A stretch of 64,000 bases of DNA from NCBI GenBank assembly GCA_021605095.1, contig BPLR01000781.1, forward strand, positions 2,414 through 66,413, given 5' to 3'. Shown here one piece after another: positions 51,897-64,000 of this stretch; position 1 is the first letter of the stretch; each line of letters starts with the position of its first letter. The position numbers and the translations under genes are program-made. The notes below the pieces were generated by a model. The model saw only the letters and a program-made list of their open reading frames with translations. It was not told where the DNA came from and made no database searches. The DNA comes from Caerostris extrusa. Lineage: Eukaryota.

Positions 51897-52780
51897 ACGA
51901 ACTCTTTTAAATTCTAATTCTAAGACTCTTGTGACTTGTCATTTTAATTCTAATGTGCCTGGTACGAACACTGACAGAACTGTGCCAAAGAGGCTTATCT
52001 TTGAACACTAGTTGCTTCAATGTGAACTTTTCCTTTTGCGACTATTAAGTAATTTTTTAATCCTTTATTTTTGCAATCTTTATTTCTATGTGACTAATTC
52101 AAACTTCCTATTTTGCGTTCTTTTTAAAATCTTAAACTTTCAATTCCTTGTAATGAGTAGTGCTCTTATTAAAATTTGAATGTCATTCTTATCTTTGCTG
52201 TTCATTTCATATTCAGTATTGTTAAAATAAAAACTTTGTTTACATTTAAGTGTCTTTTATTTAGTGTTCAATGCTATTAAATGTTTAAAGAGTTACTATG
52301 GAAACAAAACTTGCGTGGAAACGAAAGTGACATTTTTGTTGCATTGTACGATTAAATTTTTTCTGCCATTGTTAAATTATTGAAAGAATTGCTGTAAAGG
52401 AGCCTTCGCCTATTTAATAGCTCCTTATTTTAAAGTGGATTAAAAAAAATAATTTGCCTTGTGTTCCTATAGAAGGTGTGATAACGTTCCTTCAATCTCT
52501 CGTACAAATGACCCTGTCAATGTTTTGGAACTTCTATTTCCATTACAAATTGTACCTAAATGGAAATAATAATAGCTGGAATATATGTTCAAAAAATTAA
52601 ACAAATATTAAGTGACTACCTATAATGTACGTTTCTTTGAAGCGAGAGACTTGGACATAGTTAAAAATTATAAATTTTCTTAGAGTATAGATTCGAAAGT
52701 GATTTAAAATAACCCCTTTTATTAAAGTGTATTAAAAAAATAAAAATTAAAAATTAAACAAAAATTCCCTCGGTTAAAGC

Positions 52781-52836
52781 ACACATGCACACTGCGCACA
52801 CACACACACACACACACACACACCCACACTCACACA
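52781..52836. repeat. (CA)n microsatellite
   Basis: acacatgcacactgcgcacacacacacacacacacacacacccacactcacacac. Confidence 0.9.
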
Positions 52837-53497
52837 CTATAAATAATATTATACTAAATGTGTGATGTGGGGGGAAAAAATAAAATGCATTCAATTTTTT
52901 TTATATAAGAATGTAAGAACAATTGCTTATGAAAATTATTAAATAGAAATTTTAGGGATACTAACATTTATTCAGTTTCGATAAAACATGTGTAACATTA
53001 GCAGAAAATGCGTTTTGTTATAGAAACTGCGGTGTTTCTAATTCGTATCTTGTCGGTTCTATATTCGTATAAATATGTTGTGTTCTTTATATAAGTACGT
53101 GTTTTATTACATAATTATAAATTTTCGTTAATTTAAGACAACTCTAAAAATGGCTACTGAAAACTTTTATTAAGTTTAGTATCAGACTAATTGGTAACCT
53201 AGTCATATTTGATCAAACTATTGTCCCTCAAATTAAACTAAAACAATTTTCATTCTATTAAAATATTTTTACATGGGCATTTAGAAGGATTAATGTGTAA
53301 AAACATTCTTAAAATTTGTGATGTGTGTTTGTCAAAAGCTTAATTTTTAGATGTGAATAAAAGGACATGAAAATCTAAAAATTATCAAAGATGCATACAC
53401 GATAATAGAAAAATAAATATGGATAAAAGAAAAATAAATGAAGAAATTTGTCCGAAATACAAAAGCAAATAAATCATCTATCATCTATACTCTAGAA

Positions 53498-53992
53498 CAG
53501 GGTCTCCAAACTACGACCCGCGGGCCAAATCCGGCCCCCTGTGTGAATAACTTATTGTTGCTGTAATAAGTTGGATAAAAAACACAAAATGATAATAACT
53601 AGGTTTTATTTACTTGCTAGGTAAAGCTTAATTACAAGCATAATACGCAGAAAATTTAACTTAATCATAACAACTAACAAATAATTGAAATGAATCCCAC
53701 TAACAATTATAAACTAGTGAACATACTGCGGTTACCCTCGGTAGTTATGTTGGGGTAAAGAGTATCGCATATGTATGTATAACGATGTTTTTAATGTATA
53801 TATCCTGAATCAAGCATATGATTTTTATCCTGAAAATCCAAGCGTATGCAGCAACAAACAAGCAAGCGTATGCCCGCTCAGATCGCGTACTCTGCGACTA
53901 ATCTAGAAATTATAGATAATGGCAGAAAAATTAAAACGGTACTTACTGGAGTAAACAGTATGGCCCTAAGGCTGGAAAGTTTGGAGACCCTG
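53498..53992. mobile_element. MITE family 1 copy with 8-bp TSD ctctagaa
   Basis: cagggtctccaaactacgacccgcgggccaaatccggcc...ggccctaaggctggaaagtttggagaccctg; ctctagaa at 53490-53497 and 53993-54000. Confidence 0.8.
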
Positions 53993-54613
53993 CTCTAGAA
54001 GAATTAAGGAAAAATTCAAAAAGAATTCGAGCAGATATGCAGTAGACTTCAACTAGGAGAGGGATATAGTTTGTGCTGAGCATCTAACGGAAAAATTCAT
54101 TGACGCGTAGGTAAATCGAGTTGAAAAAGTTAATAAGAATATTACTTGACACGCAGATCTGTTGATATTAATTGCCATCGAGGCTTCATTAAATTATTGA
54201 AGTCATTATTGTGAAAAAAGATTGATGAAAGTTGATTGAGGATAAAATATGTTGATTATAAATAAAAGTGTTTAGTGTGCAGGTTAGGCAATTAGATTGT
54301 AACTTTTTTTTTTTTTTTATTTCCAATGGCAGATTATGAACAGTTACAGCAAAAAAAGGAACAACGAAAAAAAAAAAAAAAAAAAGAAAAAGAAGAAGAA
54401 GAATTAAGAAAGAAGCCTCAAAATAATACAACAAACATGTTGAAACAGAGTTCATTAATTTAACAATAAAGCCAAGTTGCAGATCTTTTAGCCACTAAAA
54501 AGTGTTACCAGGTGCACCACGGGGAGGTAGATCTTCTGCGCATCCATTAGATTGTAACTGGGTGTGGTTATGTTGAGATAGTTGAGGCACAGGTTGGAAA
54601 ACTCAGTTTTAAG

Positions 54614-54776
54614 CAGCCTGATGGCCAAATGCCTAGCGCTTTGGCCTTTGGTACCACAGACTTCAGAATCGAATCCTGGCTTTGGCATGATGTTTGTGTT
54701 TCGGAATACCGGTCTAATTAGCCTAAAGTGTGCAGAAAATGACAGTAGAACTGCAAACCAAACCAAATCACAGCTT
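54614..54776 (+). mobile_element. SINE subfamily B copy (+)
   Basis: gcctgatggccaaatgcctagcgctttggcctttggtaccacagacttcagaatcgaatcctggc...ggtctaattagcctaaagtgtgcagaaaatgacag...caaaccaaacc. Confidence 0.65.
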
Positions 54777-55447
54777 TTTTTACACACTCATAGATATTAC
54801 ACACATACAGTTAGAGACATACACTATTTAACACATTGAAAGATAGATAATGATAGATTCGGGGAAGGACTCCCCTTCTAAGCCGAAAACCCGAAACTCG
54901 GCTACGTGCAGAGTGCGCGAAATTTACTTCCTCTCAGAGTCTGTAGGCCAGCTGACCATTTCTCCTGAACCCCATAGGAGGAACTCTTTCCAATACGTAA
55001 GAGGAACCATGGTTACAAGTGTACATATTCTATAAAACCTGGAAGTATCTTTATTGTGGAACCAGTATGGAAAACAACATTACAATTTAGCATCATATAC
55101 TTATAAGAATATTGGATGTTTAAAACTGCGCTTAACATTCTACTATTTCTTCACTACTTTTTGTTTTTTCTCATAATAAAGAATCATTAAATATATTTGT
55201 TATTAACATAATGTATTTTAATTCCAAATGAATAATTCGTTTCTTTTTATTGAACGCTTAGCTAATAAGTCAAAACATTCCTAATAAATTCGTTGATAAT
55301 AAAATGGAGGAATTTTTTATTAAATATCAAAAATTGTAACTTTTAAAAATATAATCACGTGATATTTTACTGGATTTGAACTATAGCAATTTGAATAAAA
55401 TAGACAAAAATATATTTAGATAGATTATAAGAGTATATAGTATTAGA

Positions 55448-55463
55448 ATATATATATATATAG

Positions 55464-55502
<39 letters not shown>
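55448..55502. repeat. (AT)n/(GA)n compound microsatellite
   Basis: atatatatatatagatatatatatatatatatagagagagagagagagaga. Confidence 0.9.
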
Positions 55503-55504
<2 letters not shown>

Positions 55505-55735
55505 TTATATTATTTTGGATTATATAATTATTTCGGATTTAATATAATTAAATTATTTTGGATTTTATTGATTTCATGGAGAACTTGTTTCACCCTTATT
55601 GTATTATATTGTACCAAAGAACACAAATTTCTTTGGTCTGCCAATATAGTTTTAGTTGTTCATTCTTTTGATATTTGTGTTTTTCGAATGAATTTCGATT
55701 TAGTGGTTGCAGCTTAAACGCATTTATGAACCATA

Positions 55736-55975
55736 TACACAGTCCAGTCACATTAATGTGCCCACCTGTCAAAAAGCCTGAATAACCACCTTTGGCAGAG
55801 CGCACCGATTGCAATTCGATCAAGGTAATTAACGATTGAAATGCTTTCCGACGCCCTAGGACATCCTTTATATACACTCCACTGCAATGTGCTGCCACCT
55901 GCCTTTTGTGATTGGTTATTTGACGTTGACGTCGAAAGAGCAGGTGGTGGTCACATTAATGTGACTGGACTGTGT
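55736..55975. repeat. inverted repeat pair (30 bp arms) flanking ~180 bp; foldback/MITE-like
   Basis: acacagtccagtcacattaatgtgcccacc (55736-) vs ggtggtcacattaatgtgactggactgtgt (-55975). Confidence 0.5.
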
Positions 55976-57386
55976 ATTTCTTTATCTCTTTTTCTGTTTT
56001 TGAAGTGTCTAAATGTGAAGCATTTCAGGATAGCGAATGTTTTTATGGTTTTGTTACACAATTTAACTGTGTTTTGATGAAGCACATGATAATTTATGTG
56101 AAGCCAGTATTGTTGTGGCTTTTGTTAGGCAAAATGTATTTCTATTTCCTATCTTGTTAGTTCACGTTTGATTCTTGTATTAATATGATGTTGATTGATT
56201 ACACAACACACAAATTGAATTGATTACACAAATTTTCTTCAGAAGTACTTTCATCTAAACGGCATCACTGAAATTTTCAATAAAATATACTTTATCTGAA
56301 TTTCTATGCCAGTAAATTTTGTTTCACAATAGTCTTTTCAAAACTTCTACATTGTTTCCCAGAGTTTTATCAAGCCTCAATAATTATATACAACATAGTA
56401 ATATGTTTTAATTTATTTCAAAAATATTATTAAGAAAAAAAGAATTCTTATTTTTATTAAGAAAAATGGAACAATTTTTCAGTATTTATTTTTTAAAAAA
56501 ATATGAATAGAATTAAATATTTTTAGTATCCTATATATTTTTATATTATTATATCTTTTACTACAAAACTATCTTAATAAAATCAATTAACTCATTTTAA
56601 TGTAATTTTACCAATAAAATATATGGGCATTGTTTTTTGGAGAACGTGCTTTTTCGTGTTCTTGATCATTTTCAATTTTAATTACGATTCGTTCACAAAC
56701 TTTTTTTTTTAAATTTATTTCCCCCAATTTTTTTTTTTTTTTTATTTCTTTAACAAACATATTTATACATAATATATTTTTGCAAAATTATTGAAAAATT
56801 ATTATATAATTTAGTATAAAAATTGTTTCAGAAGAAAAATTAAAGTAAAGGGGGTTGCTTTTAAAGAATCGTCTTGTGAAAATAAAGACAATTTTAATTT
56901 AAAGTGAAGAAAAAAGAAAAGAAAGAAAATCGTTTGGATTTCTACAGTTTTTTTTTTTTTTTTATTATTATTATTATTTTTTTTTATTTTTAAGATAGAT
57001 TTTATGCGTTTTGTTCTTTGATTAAATTCTAAATTATATGGGCAACCTGTATATTGGCCGATCCGATTACAATTTTTTTTTTTTTTTTTTTTTTTTTATG
57101 TAATATGGCTAGAATATTGTTTTGACTTCGAAACATTGCATGGCAACAATAAAGATAATGTAAATATATTTGGCATTTACTTTAATTTATTAATATTTTT
57201 GTTTCTTCTTAAAATAGATTTCGACTTACAATTATCGAGTTTCAGGTATGCACCTTCTCTCTTATTTAAATTTGTTTGGTATTTTTGTACCCAATCACAC
57301 ATTAGTGATAAAAGAATTGGGAACTGAATTGTAAGTATAAAATTTTAATATACAATAAAATGGTATACATTAAATTGATAAATTCA

Positions 57387-57447
57387 AATAGTAATTTATA
57401 ATTCCTACTGCGGTATATATATGCAGTAGGAATTATAAATTACTATT
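57387..57447. repeat. perfect 25-bp palindrome arms with 11-nt AT spacer
   Basis: aatagtaatttataattcctactgc ggtatatatat gcagtaggaattataaattactatt. Confidence 0.8.
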
Positions 57448-57448
57448 A

Positions 57449-57479
<31 letters not shown>

Positions 57480-57518
57480 GTTAGATATTATTCCATATAA
57501 TTATTTCTGTGGGCTTGG

Positions 57519-57674
57519 TTTGTCGGTCTACTGCCATTTCACGCACACGTTAGGCTAATTAGACAGGGGCCAACAGTTTAACGTGGATTCCAAACCACTC
57601 TCAAACATACATGCCACTAACAGGATTCGAACCTGAAGCACCAAAGGCCGGAGAACTAGCAAATTGGCCATCAG
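57519..57674 (-). mobile_element. SINE subfamily B copy
   Basis: ggtttgtcggtctactgccatttcacgcacacgttaggctaattagacaggggccaacagtttaacgtggattccaaaccactctcaaacatacatgccactaacaggattcgaacctgaagcaccaaaggccggagaactagcaaattggccatcaggcc. Confidence 0.65.
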
Positions 57675-57763
57675 GCCGCCTGTCTGAATGGAGAAGATTG
57701 ATGAAATGAAGAGAAATACAAGGAATAGAAGAATCGAAAGTTATTAAAAGTCCTCCTCATTGT

Positions 57764-57975
57764 GGGCCTGAATGGCCAAGTGGCTAGCGCTTTGGCACTC
57801 GGTACCACAGATTTCAGGTTGAAGTCCCACCGGTGCCCTTGATGTTTGTAGTGGTTCGGAATTCACTTTAAATCGTAGGTCCCGATCTAAAAGGATCGTG
57901 GAGAGTGACGTATTAAAATAGGAAAGCGAACTGTTCCTATATAGTCCTTGTTGCTTCGTATACTCATTCATTCAA
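57764..57975 (+). mobile_element. tRNA-derived SINE (+), 12-bp TSD tcctcctc(a/g)ttg
   Basis: gggcctgaatggccaagtggctagcgctttggcactcggtaccacagatttcaggttgaagtccc..core..gatctaaaaggatcgtggagagtgacg; tcctcctcattg 57751-57762, tcctcctcgttg 57976-57987. Confidence 0.7.
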
Positions 57976-58793
57976 TCCTCCTCGTTGGGTGTTATCAGGT
58001 CAATCCGTTCTATAGATTAATTTTCCAGATGAGTGGAACCGATCTTGATAATTGAGAAAGATTTCTAGTATAAAGAAAATAAATTAAGCAAATAGATTTA
58101 TTAGCTCTGACGTCGCGTATTTTCCATTTTAAATTGTGTAATGGAGCATTTATTGAACATGAAAACAAAAATTAAGAGGAAACCATAGAAAAATTAATAA
58201 ATAAAAAAAAAATGGTGTCTAAACTTCTTATTTAGCTCTCTGAACTGATTGTTAAGCTGACCACTATGTTGTTTAAATCTTGCAGAATTTCGAACCCCAA
58301 TTTTCCTACTTTTAATTTTTTTTATCTTTAAGAGTACTTATTAGTAGTGTACTGATGGGGGTGATAGTTTCTTCATCACTTGGCTGAGTGAGGTAAGGGA
58401 CACAGTAATGTTTCCAGTCAAACTTTTAATAGTTAGAAAGATTATAGGCGAAAGATTTCTTTGGTTATTACCTGAGTTTCAGTGGCTTGCTGCTTTAATA
58501 TTGTAATGAGTTCATCTTTAATGTTACCAGAATTTACAACAAGGGTAGATTTAAGTTTAGAAGAAAAGGAATCCTCTTACTGAAACGAATATGATATAAC
58601 CTCCAAGATACTATAAAGGAAAGACGATTAAGAGTTTTAAATTTTAAACAATGTTCCAATGTTCCTTAGTAGTATCCATGGTTTTGTGTTCCGCATTGCA
58701 ATTAACTCATTTTGGAATTGTGGTCGAGCATTAGTCCACTCGATGTTGGGCGCTGCAAAACTCACGAACAACGGGGTTTTTACAAATTGTTGT

Positions 58794-59024
58794 TGTTGCT
58801 GTTGTATCCCTCATGGAAGGAGGGAAGAGGGGTCAGGCTTCTGTTCTGATGGAGCACCCATAGGTAGAAGTCTGACTTCTTCTCCGTAACGCTCTTACAG
58901 TCATAGGAGACCGGGACCTACGGCTTAAAGTGGATTCCGTACCACTACAAACATCCATTGCACCGCCGGGACTCGAACCCTAAACCGAGCGACAGAGCGT
59001 TAGACACTCGGCCATTCAGGCCTC
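58794..59024 (-). mobile_element. tRNA-derived SINE with (TTG)n-type tail, 13-bp perfect TSD ttacaaattgttg
   Basis: rc head ggcctgaatggccgagtgtctaacgctctgtcgc..., core; ttacaaattgttg at 58781-58793 and 59025-59037; simple-repeat tail ttgttgttgctgttg adjacent. Confidence 0.75.
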
Positions 59025-60904
59025 TTACAAATTGTTGGTTGAGTATATGAAAAACAATGGCGAGGTCTATAAAAAAAAATTATCTTTATAAAGAATAATA
59101 ATCGTACATGTTCTGCAACATGCAAGCCGTAATCGTACACATAGTTCCAAAACTGTAACCAACACCGAAGTGGCGAGATTAGATTTATTTCCTTTGCCGG
59201 AAAATTGGCGCAATTCAGTTACTGTAGGATTATTCTTTTGCGAGTTCAGCTAAGGACATATCGGTAGGGATGTTGTGAAATAAAAAAAAAAAAAAAGAAG
59301 CTATTTTTCGGGATAATGTAATCAGGATAATTTTTGGTGATATTGTAATCAGGATTTCTGAGGATTGCTTTCACATCGGCCAATCTCAAAATCATCAGTG
59401 GAAATAATTTATTTGCCTTTATTTTGAACGATATATTTTCTTTGGGAATCTTGGGGGCATTTTTTACTTTGAGTTTTTATTCTAGCAATAGTGTAAGACC
59501 GTGCGCCGTATTGGAATGTTATCTGTAAATTCGCAAGAATGTCGCGGTGAATCGTAAAAATTGATATCAGCATCGGAAGAATATTCCATTAAATTTGAAT
59601 TTATAATGTTAGCCGCCATAGAAAAACACACCTGTATAAAATGTAAACTTTCTTGAAACTACATGGATAAATAAACGAAAACTAACAAGTTGCAGTAAAA
59701 GTAGAATGTGCTAAAAAAGAAATATAGATGACTTACCCAAAAAGAATACTAAAACAAAAAGAAACAGACAAAAAAAAAAAAAATAAATAAAATACAACCA
59801 GAATAAAAATAAAGTAATCCTACGAGTCACAAGAAACATCTGTGGCCTCCCCAACTACTTTTTAATTTTTAACAATAGGTTAATTCCTGTCTATGATGAA
59901 ATCTGTCACATACCTCCTCATGAATATTGACTTGAGGATGATAATGTAGATTAATATGGAGAGCCTTAGTAGCGTATCACCGTCCAGCCTCATCATTACT
60001 AGATGCTGTAACACAGAGGTGGTCGCATGCCCTTTGAGTTAAAAAGAATTAAAAATTAAGTAAATGCCCTTTTTTAATATAATTATAATTGAATATTTAA
60101 CTTTAATTAGAAACAAATTTTTGAAAAAGAAAAAGAATTAAATGAAGTGTAGATGTTTGATAAAAATAGTTGCATAATCGAAAAAATAAAACAGAAATAT
60201 GGAATTAATTTTAAATATTTAGAACAGTACGAGTTCTGTTACTATTTTTTCCGGTAAGAATTATCATAATCGTAATTTTGTAGTGTATTTAAAAGTGGGT
60301 TATTGATGTCTTGCATATTATTATAGAAATATATATTATGCGATATTAGTAGAAACTTTATGAACAAACTGTCTTAAACTTGGAATCCAGAAAATACGTC
60401 TAATATCGTCATTATGAAAGCACCAGGGTGAATTTGTTAACATCTTAAAAAGTATTTTTCTCAAGTCTTTTGTATGCTTTTAAAATTGTACGTGTAATAG
60501 AACCTCCAAAATTGGGCTTGTGTAAAGTAGTTTGTAAATCAATCCAAACTCTATTAAAAGCCTTGCCATATACAGAAAAATTACATATATCCAAAAACCA
60601 ATATACATATACAAAACATATAACACATATCCAAACACCAATTTCACATATCCAAACAAATCTTTCAGAAATAGTTTCTATGAGATTATATAGTTGATGA
60701 AAAAGTAAGTTTTTTTGATAAATCCAAATTACCGTTTGATGAAAAAGTTATTTTGATTTGACTCACTTTTAAGAAGATTCAGGATGACATTTTCAATTAG
60801 TTAACCAATAGAAGAAGATAAAGAAATTGGTCTGTAATTAATAGGAGAAGTACCATCTTTTGCAAGCTGTCTCTGGCTGTTTTCCAAAAACTTAGATAAC
60901 TAGT

Positions 60905-61082
60905 TTAATTTAGTTCTGACTCTGCGGTCATTTTTTGCACACTTTGGGCTAATTATACCAGGACCTATAGTTAAACATTTATTCCGAACCACCAACAAAC
61001 ATCCATACCACCGCCAGAATTCGAACTTGAAGCCCGTGGTTCCAACGGCCAGAGCACTAGTCCATTGATCATCAGGCAGCTA
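60905..61082 (-). mobile_element. SINE subfamily B copy
   Basis: ctgactctgcggtcattttttgcacactttgggctaattataccaggacctatagttaaacatttattccgaaccaccaacaaacatccataccaccgccagaattcgaacttgaagcccgtggttccaacggccagagcactagtccattgatcatcaggcagc. Confidence 0.65.
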
Positions 61083-61099
61083 TACCCAACACTAAGAAT

Positions 61100-61800
61100 A
61101 GTGTCAATACTTTAACAAATCTCAAGTATTATTTTGAAAGAAAGGGTTTTTTAAAAACATTTTATTAGCAATTTTATCTATGCCACGAGTTTTGTTAATT
61201 TTAAGGAGGAAATACAATTAATATCGAAAATTGCTTTAGTCATAGGATTTTCAAAGGTTTGATAAGCATTAATAAAATTAGTAATAATAGACTCGACAAG
61301 ATTTTCAGTATCAAAATTATGGATATTGTTCTCAAGAAACTGTACCTGAAGGCTGTTAGTTATAACTTCAGCTTTTTGACTATTATTGGTGGCCAACGAA
61401 TTGTTAGAGCCTAGGGTTCTAATGGGAGAACTTGTACGTTTAAAAGCCCTGGGGTAAGACCAGGAAGAACCATCTTCACAGTTTGTCGGTGTCTATCCCA
61501 AGTTTCATAATTATGAAGAGCAATAACTCATCTTAATAAAGCCTGCAAGTGATTAGTAGCAATATCGGCAGTTTTACTTTGCGGATCGCGAAAGATTTAC
61601 CCAAGTGTTACGTGCATGAATATGGTGTTTATGTGTGGAGGATGATAGATACTGTTGTTAGCAATAATTTGTTTTGAGGCTGCATTGTAAGCATCAGTAA
61701 TTATTTTAGTGAAATTTTCAGCGGCGTTATCAATTTCAGTAGCATTGTTAAGTTTATGAACAGAGTAATTAAAAAAAAATGTTTTTTCTTAATTCATACG
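61100..61800 (-). mobile_element. Jockey-like LINE fragment, minus strand (region upstream of RT)
   Basis: Minus ORF 61178-61396 ATNNSQKAEVITNSLQVQFLENNIHNFDTENLVESIITNFINAYQTFENPMTKAIFDINCISSLKLTKL parallels ..ATTLQDQFKENETNNTNIVTEVENTITSFLVQPHNNDDFPNTKASFIINCITNLKIGK at 43150-43350 of the + strand LINE. Confidence 0.5.
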
Positions 61801-62079
61801 ATTACTATTAGCTATTCATCCTGACTTTTCTTTTCTACTTCCATCACATACGATTGAGTAGATGAACGCCTCGCGTTCAGGCACCGCGATTTTGACATAA
61901 ATTGCCAATTTTTAGTTTGTTGTGATTATGATCAAATTATGATTTAAGCATTGTTAATAACATAGCGTTTGTGTTCAAATTCTAATTTTGTTATGGAACA
62001 AAATATGTTTAATGATAATCCTTGTATGGATAGCATTGCATTATTTAAAAATAATCATGTGAATATTAATTTACTTACT

Positions 62080-63300
62080 GACACCAAAGAAAACCTTCAC
62101 TTGTGCAAGATATGCCACAAATCATTTCCTGAAAAAATTTATTAGACTTGCTGTACACATACTGAAGAAAAGCCATATGTGTGCAATATATGCAGTAAAG
62201 CATTTACATTAATGAGTAATTTTTTATAAACATATAACAATTCATGATAAAGAAGAACCTAAGAAATATATCTGTAATATATGTGGTAAAGATTTCTCTT
62301 ACAAAAGTTGCCTAAAATCTCATTTACTGACATATAAAAGAAAAGTCTTATTCTTGTGATATTTGCTTAAAAGGATTTTCTCAAAAGTGCATATAGAAGA
62401 CTCATTTTTAATCATTCAAAAGGCAGGCCTTATGTTTGCGATGTGTGCTCTAAAACATTTACTCGAAAAGATCATGTAAGTTGTCATTTACATTCTCATA
62501 AGGAAGAGAAACCCTTTGCTTGTGATATATGCCAACAGAGATTTACTCAAAAAAATCCTTTGAAAAGACACATGGTTCTACATACTCAAATAAAACAATA
62601 TGTTTGTAAATTATGTGGTAAAGAATTTCTTTGCAAACAAGATTTGAAACAGCATTTATACATTCATGCCTTTGGAGAAAAACCATACAAATGTAACAAG
62701 CACAAGAAAGGTATTTCTCGGAAAAGTTATTTGAATGAACATTCCCTTACTCGCATGGAGGAAAAACCTTTTATTTGCGATATATGTAATAAAAGCTTTA
62801 TGTGGAAGGCAAGTTTAAAAACTCATTTACTTAGTCATGCAGAAAAGGGAACTTTTTCTTGTGTTTTATGTAATAAAAGTTACATTTATAAAGAATCTTT
62901 TTAACCAAACATTTACGTACTCATACAAATGAAAAACCTTATGAGTGTGAAGTAGTAAAAAAATTTCATACAAGATCAGAGTTAAGGCAACATTCAGGAG
63001 TTCATGTTATTGGGAAACCATTTAAATGTAACAAGTGTAAGAAGGGTTTTCTCGGAAAGGTTATTTGGAGGAACATTCCCGTACTCATGTATAGAGAAAA
63101 CATTTATTGGAGGTATATTTAATAAAGATTTCATTTGAAAGGGAAGTTCAAACATTCATTTATTTAATCAAGTATAGAAAAATAAACTTTTCTTAAATTT
63201 TATGTAATAAAAGTTACATTTGTAAAGTGTCTTTAATCAGGCATATATTTGCTCATACAAATGAAAACCCTTGTGAAGTATATAATAAAAATATTTTATA
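62080..63300 (+). pseudogene. C2H2 zinc-finger array (~10 finger units) with multiple stops/frameshifts at both ends
   Basis: Repeated C..C...(F/L)....L..H..H TGEKPY-type units: ..CKICHKSFPEKIY*..EEKPYVCNICSKAFTLMSNF.. upstream; ..EKPYECEVVKKFHTRSELRQHSGVH..KPFKCNKCKKGF.. downstream, all broken. Confidence 0.55.
62443..62904 (+). CDS. intact 153-aa ORF of five C2H2 fingers inside the decaying array
   Basis: MCSKTFTRKDHVSCHLHSHKEEKPFACDICQQRFTQKNPLKRHMVLHTQIKQYVCKLCGKEFLCKQDLKQHLYIHAFGEKPYKCNKHKKGISRKSYLNEHSLTRMEEKPFICDICNKSFMWKASLKTHLLSHAEKGTFSCVLCNKSY.. Confidence 0.45.
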   Translation: MCSKTFTRKDHVSCHLHSHKEEKPFACDICQQRFTQKNPLKRHMVLHTQIKQYVCKLCGKEFLCKQDLKQHLYIHAFGEKPYKCNKHKKGISRKSYLNEHSLTRMEEKPFICDICNKSFMWKASLKTHLLSHAEKGTFSCVLCNKSYIYKESF

Positions 63301-64000
63301 AAAAAAAATCAGCAAGGCAACATTCATTAATTCACACAAATGAAAATAGAATATCTTTGTTTGAGATGATTGTAATAACATTAGTGTCATAAAAGTATAT
63401 TTTAATTAGTTTTATTGGTTTTATTAAGTAAAGAAGTTATTAAGTGTTTGTGATATATGTAATTTGAGCTTTGTTAAAAAAAAAAATTGATTGATCAGAT
63501 AAATTAATTCATACAAAATAAGCATTGCGAATAATTTATAATTTAGATATTTATATTTATTTAAAATCTATTTTTTAACAGATACATTTGATATCTAAGT
63601 TAACAAAACCAGTTTTTTAATAAAAAATTTCAGATTGAGAAACAATTTTAGATAATTTTACACATTTTTATGCATATTTCATTTACATTTTTTTCCAAGT
63701 ACCATTTATAAAATAAATGAAAAAATGTAGTGCAAAAAGGAAGAATTTAATTCTCAGTGAAATGGGAAACCAATTTAAACTTGTTCAAAATCATAAACAT
63801 TGAATTATTGCAGTAATTATAAAAGGTGATATTTTCAAATTTGTAATGCAATTAACACCTTTTAGTGGCTATATTAAAAATTTATTTCAATGTAATAAAT
63901 GTACTCTCAATTTGAATAATGTAAATTTTTTTTAAACTGAAGAATTGAATTTTTTTAGGACAATTCTTGATCATTTCCAAATTATGTTGTTTTTATACAA

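Noticed and set aside
54189-54455. Minus-strand ORF with poly-Phe
   Set aside because: Reads through A/T homopolymers (antisense of aaaaaa runs at 54300-54400). Artefact of base composition.
58659-58889. ORF 58659-58889 (CCCCCC-containing peptide)
   Set aside because: Runs through the (TTG)n tail and 3' end of a SINE. Not coding.

Overview
AT-rich eukaryotic (metazoan, most likely arthropod) nuclear DNA with GT-AG introns, SINE/LINE retroposons, DNA transposons and a histone gene. No bacterial defence-island architecture is present: nothing here is prokaryotic. The window is mostly a transposable-element graveyard around a few host features. (1) Over 15 copies of a tRNA-derived SINE with a conserved core (ccatggatgtttgtagtggttcggaatccactttaaaccgtaggtcc). 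They fall into at least 3 subfamilies with different 3' bodies, and several have clean 10-14 bp TSDs. (2) A nearly intact Tc1 (DD34E) DNA transposon with TA TSDs. (3) An internally deleted mariner with both TIRs, plus a solo end fragment. (4) Two 8-bp-TSD (hAT-like) MITE families. One is nested inside a SINE, and a neighbouring tandem paralog preserves the empty site. (5) A BEL/Pao LTR-retrotransposon pol remnant. (6) A cluster of Jockey-like non-LTR LINE copies at 41-50 kb and 61 kb, carrying a CCHC gag and RT motifs. (7) A multi-exon host gene of unknown product on the minus strand at 17.3-21.3 kb, possibly extending to 27.5 kb. (8) A solitary histone H2B gene with a CCAAT/CRE/TATA promoter, a one-base frameshift near its N-terminal tail and a non-canonical 3' hairpin. 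(9) A decaying C2H2 zinc-finger array. (10) Satellites, minisatellites, a foldback element and microsatellites. Coordinates of repeat ends are approximate unless a TSD is given.
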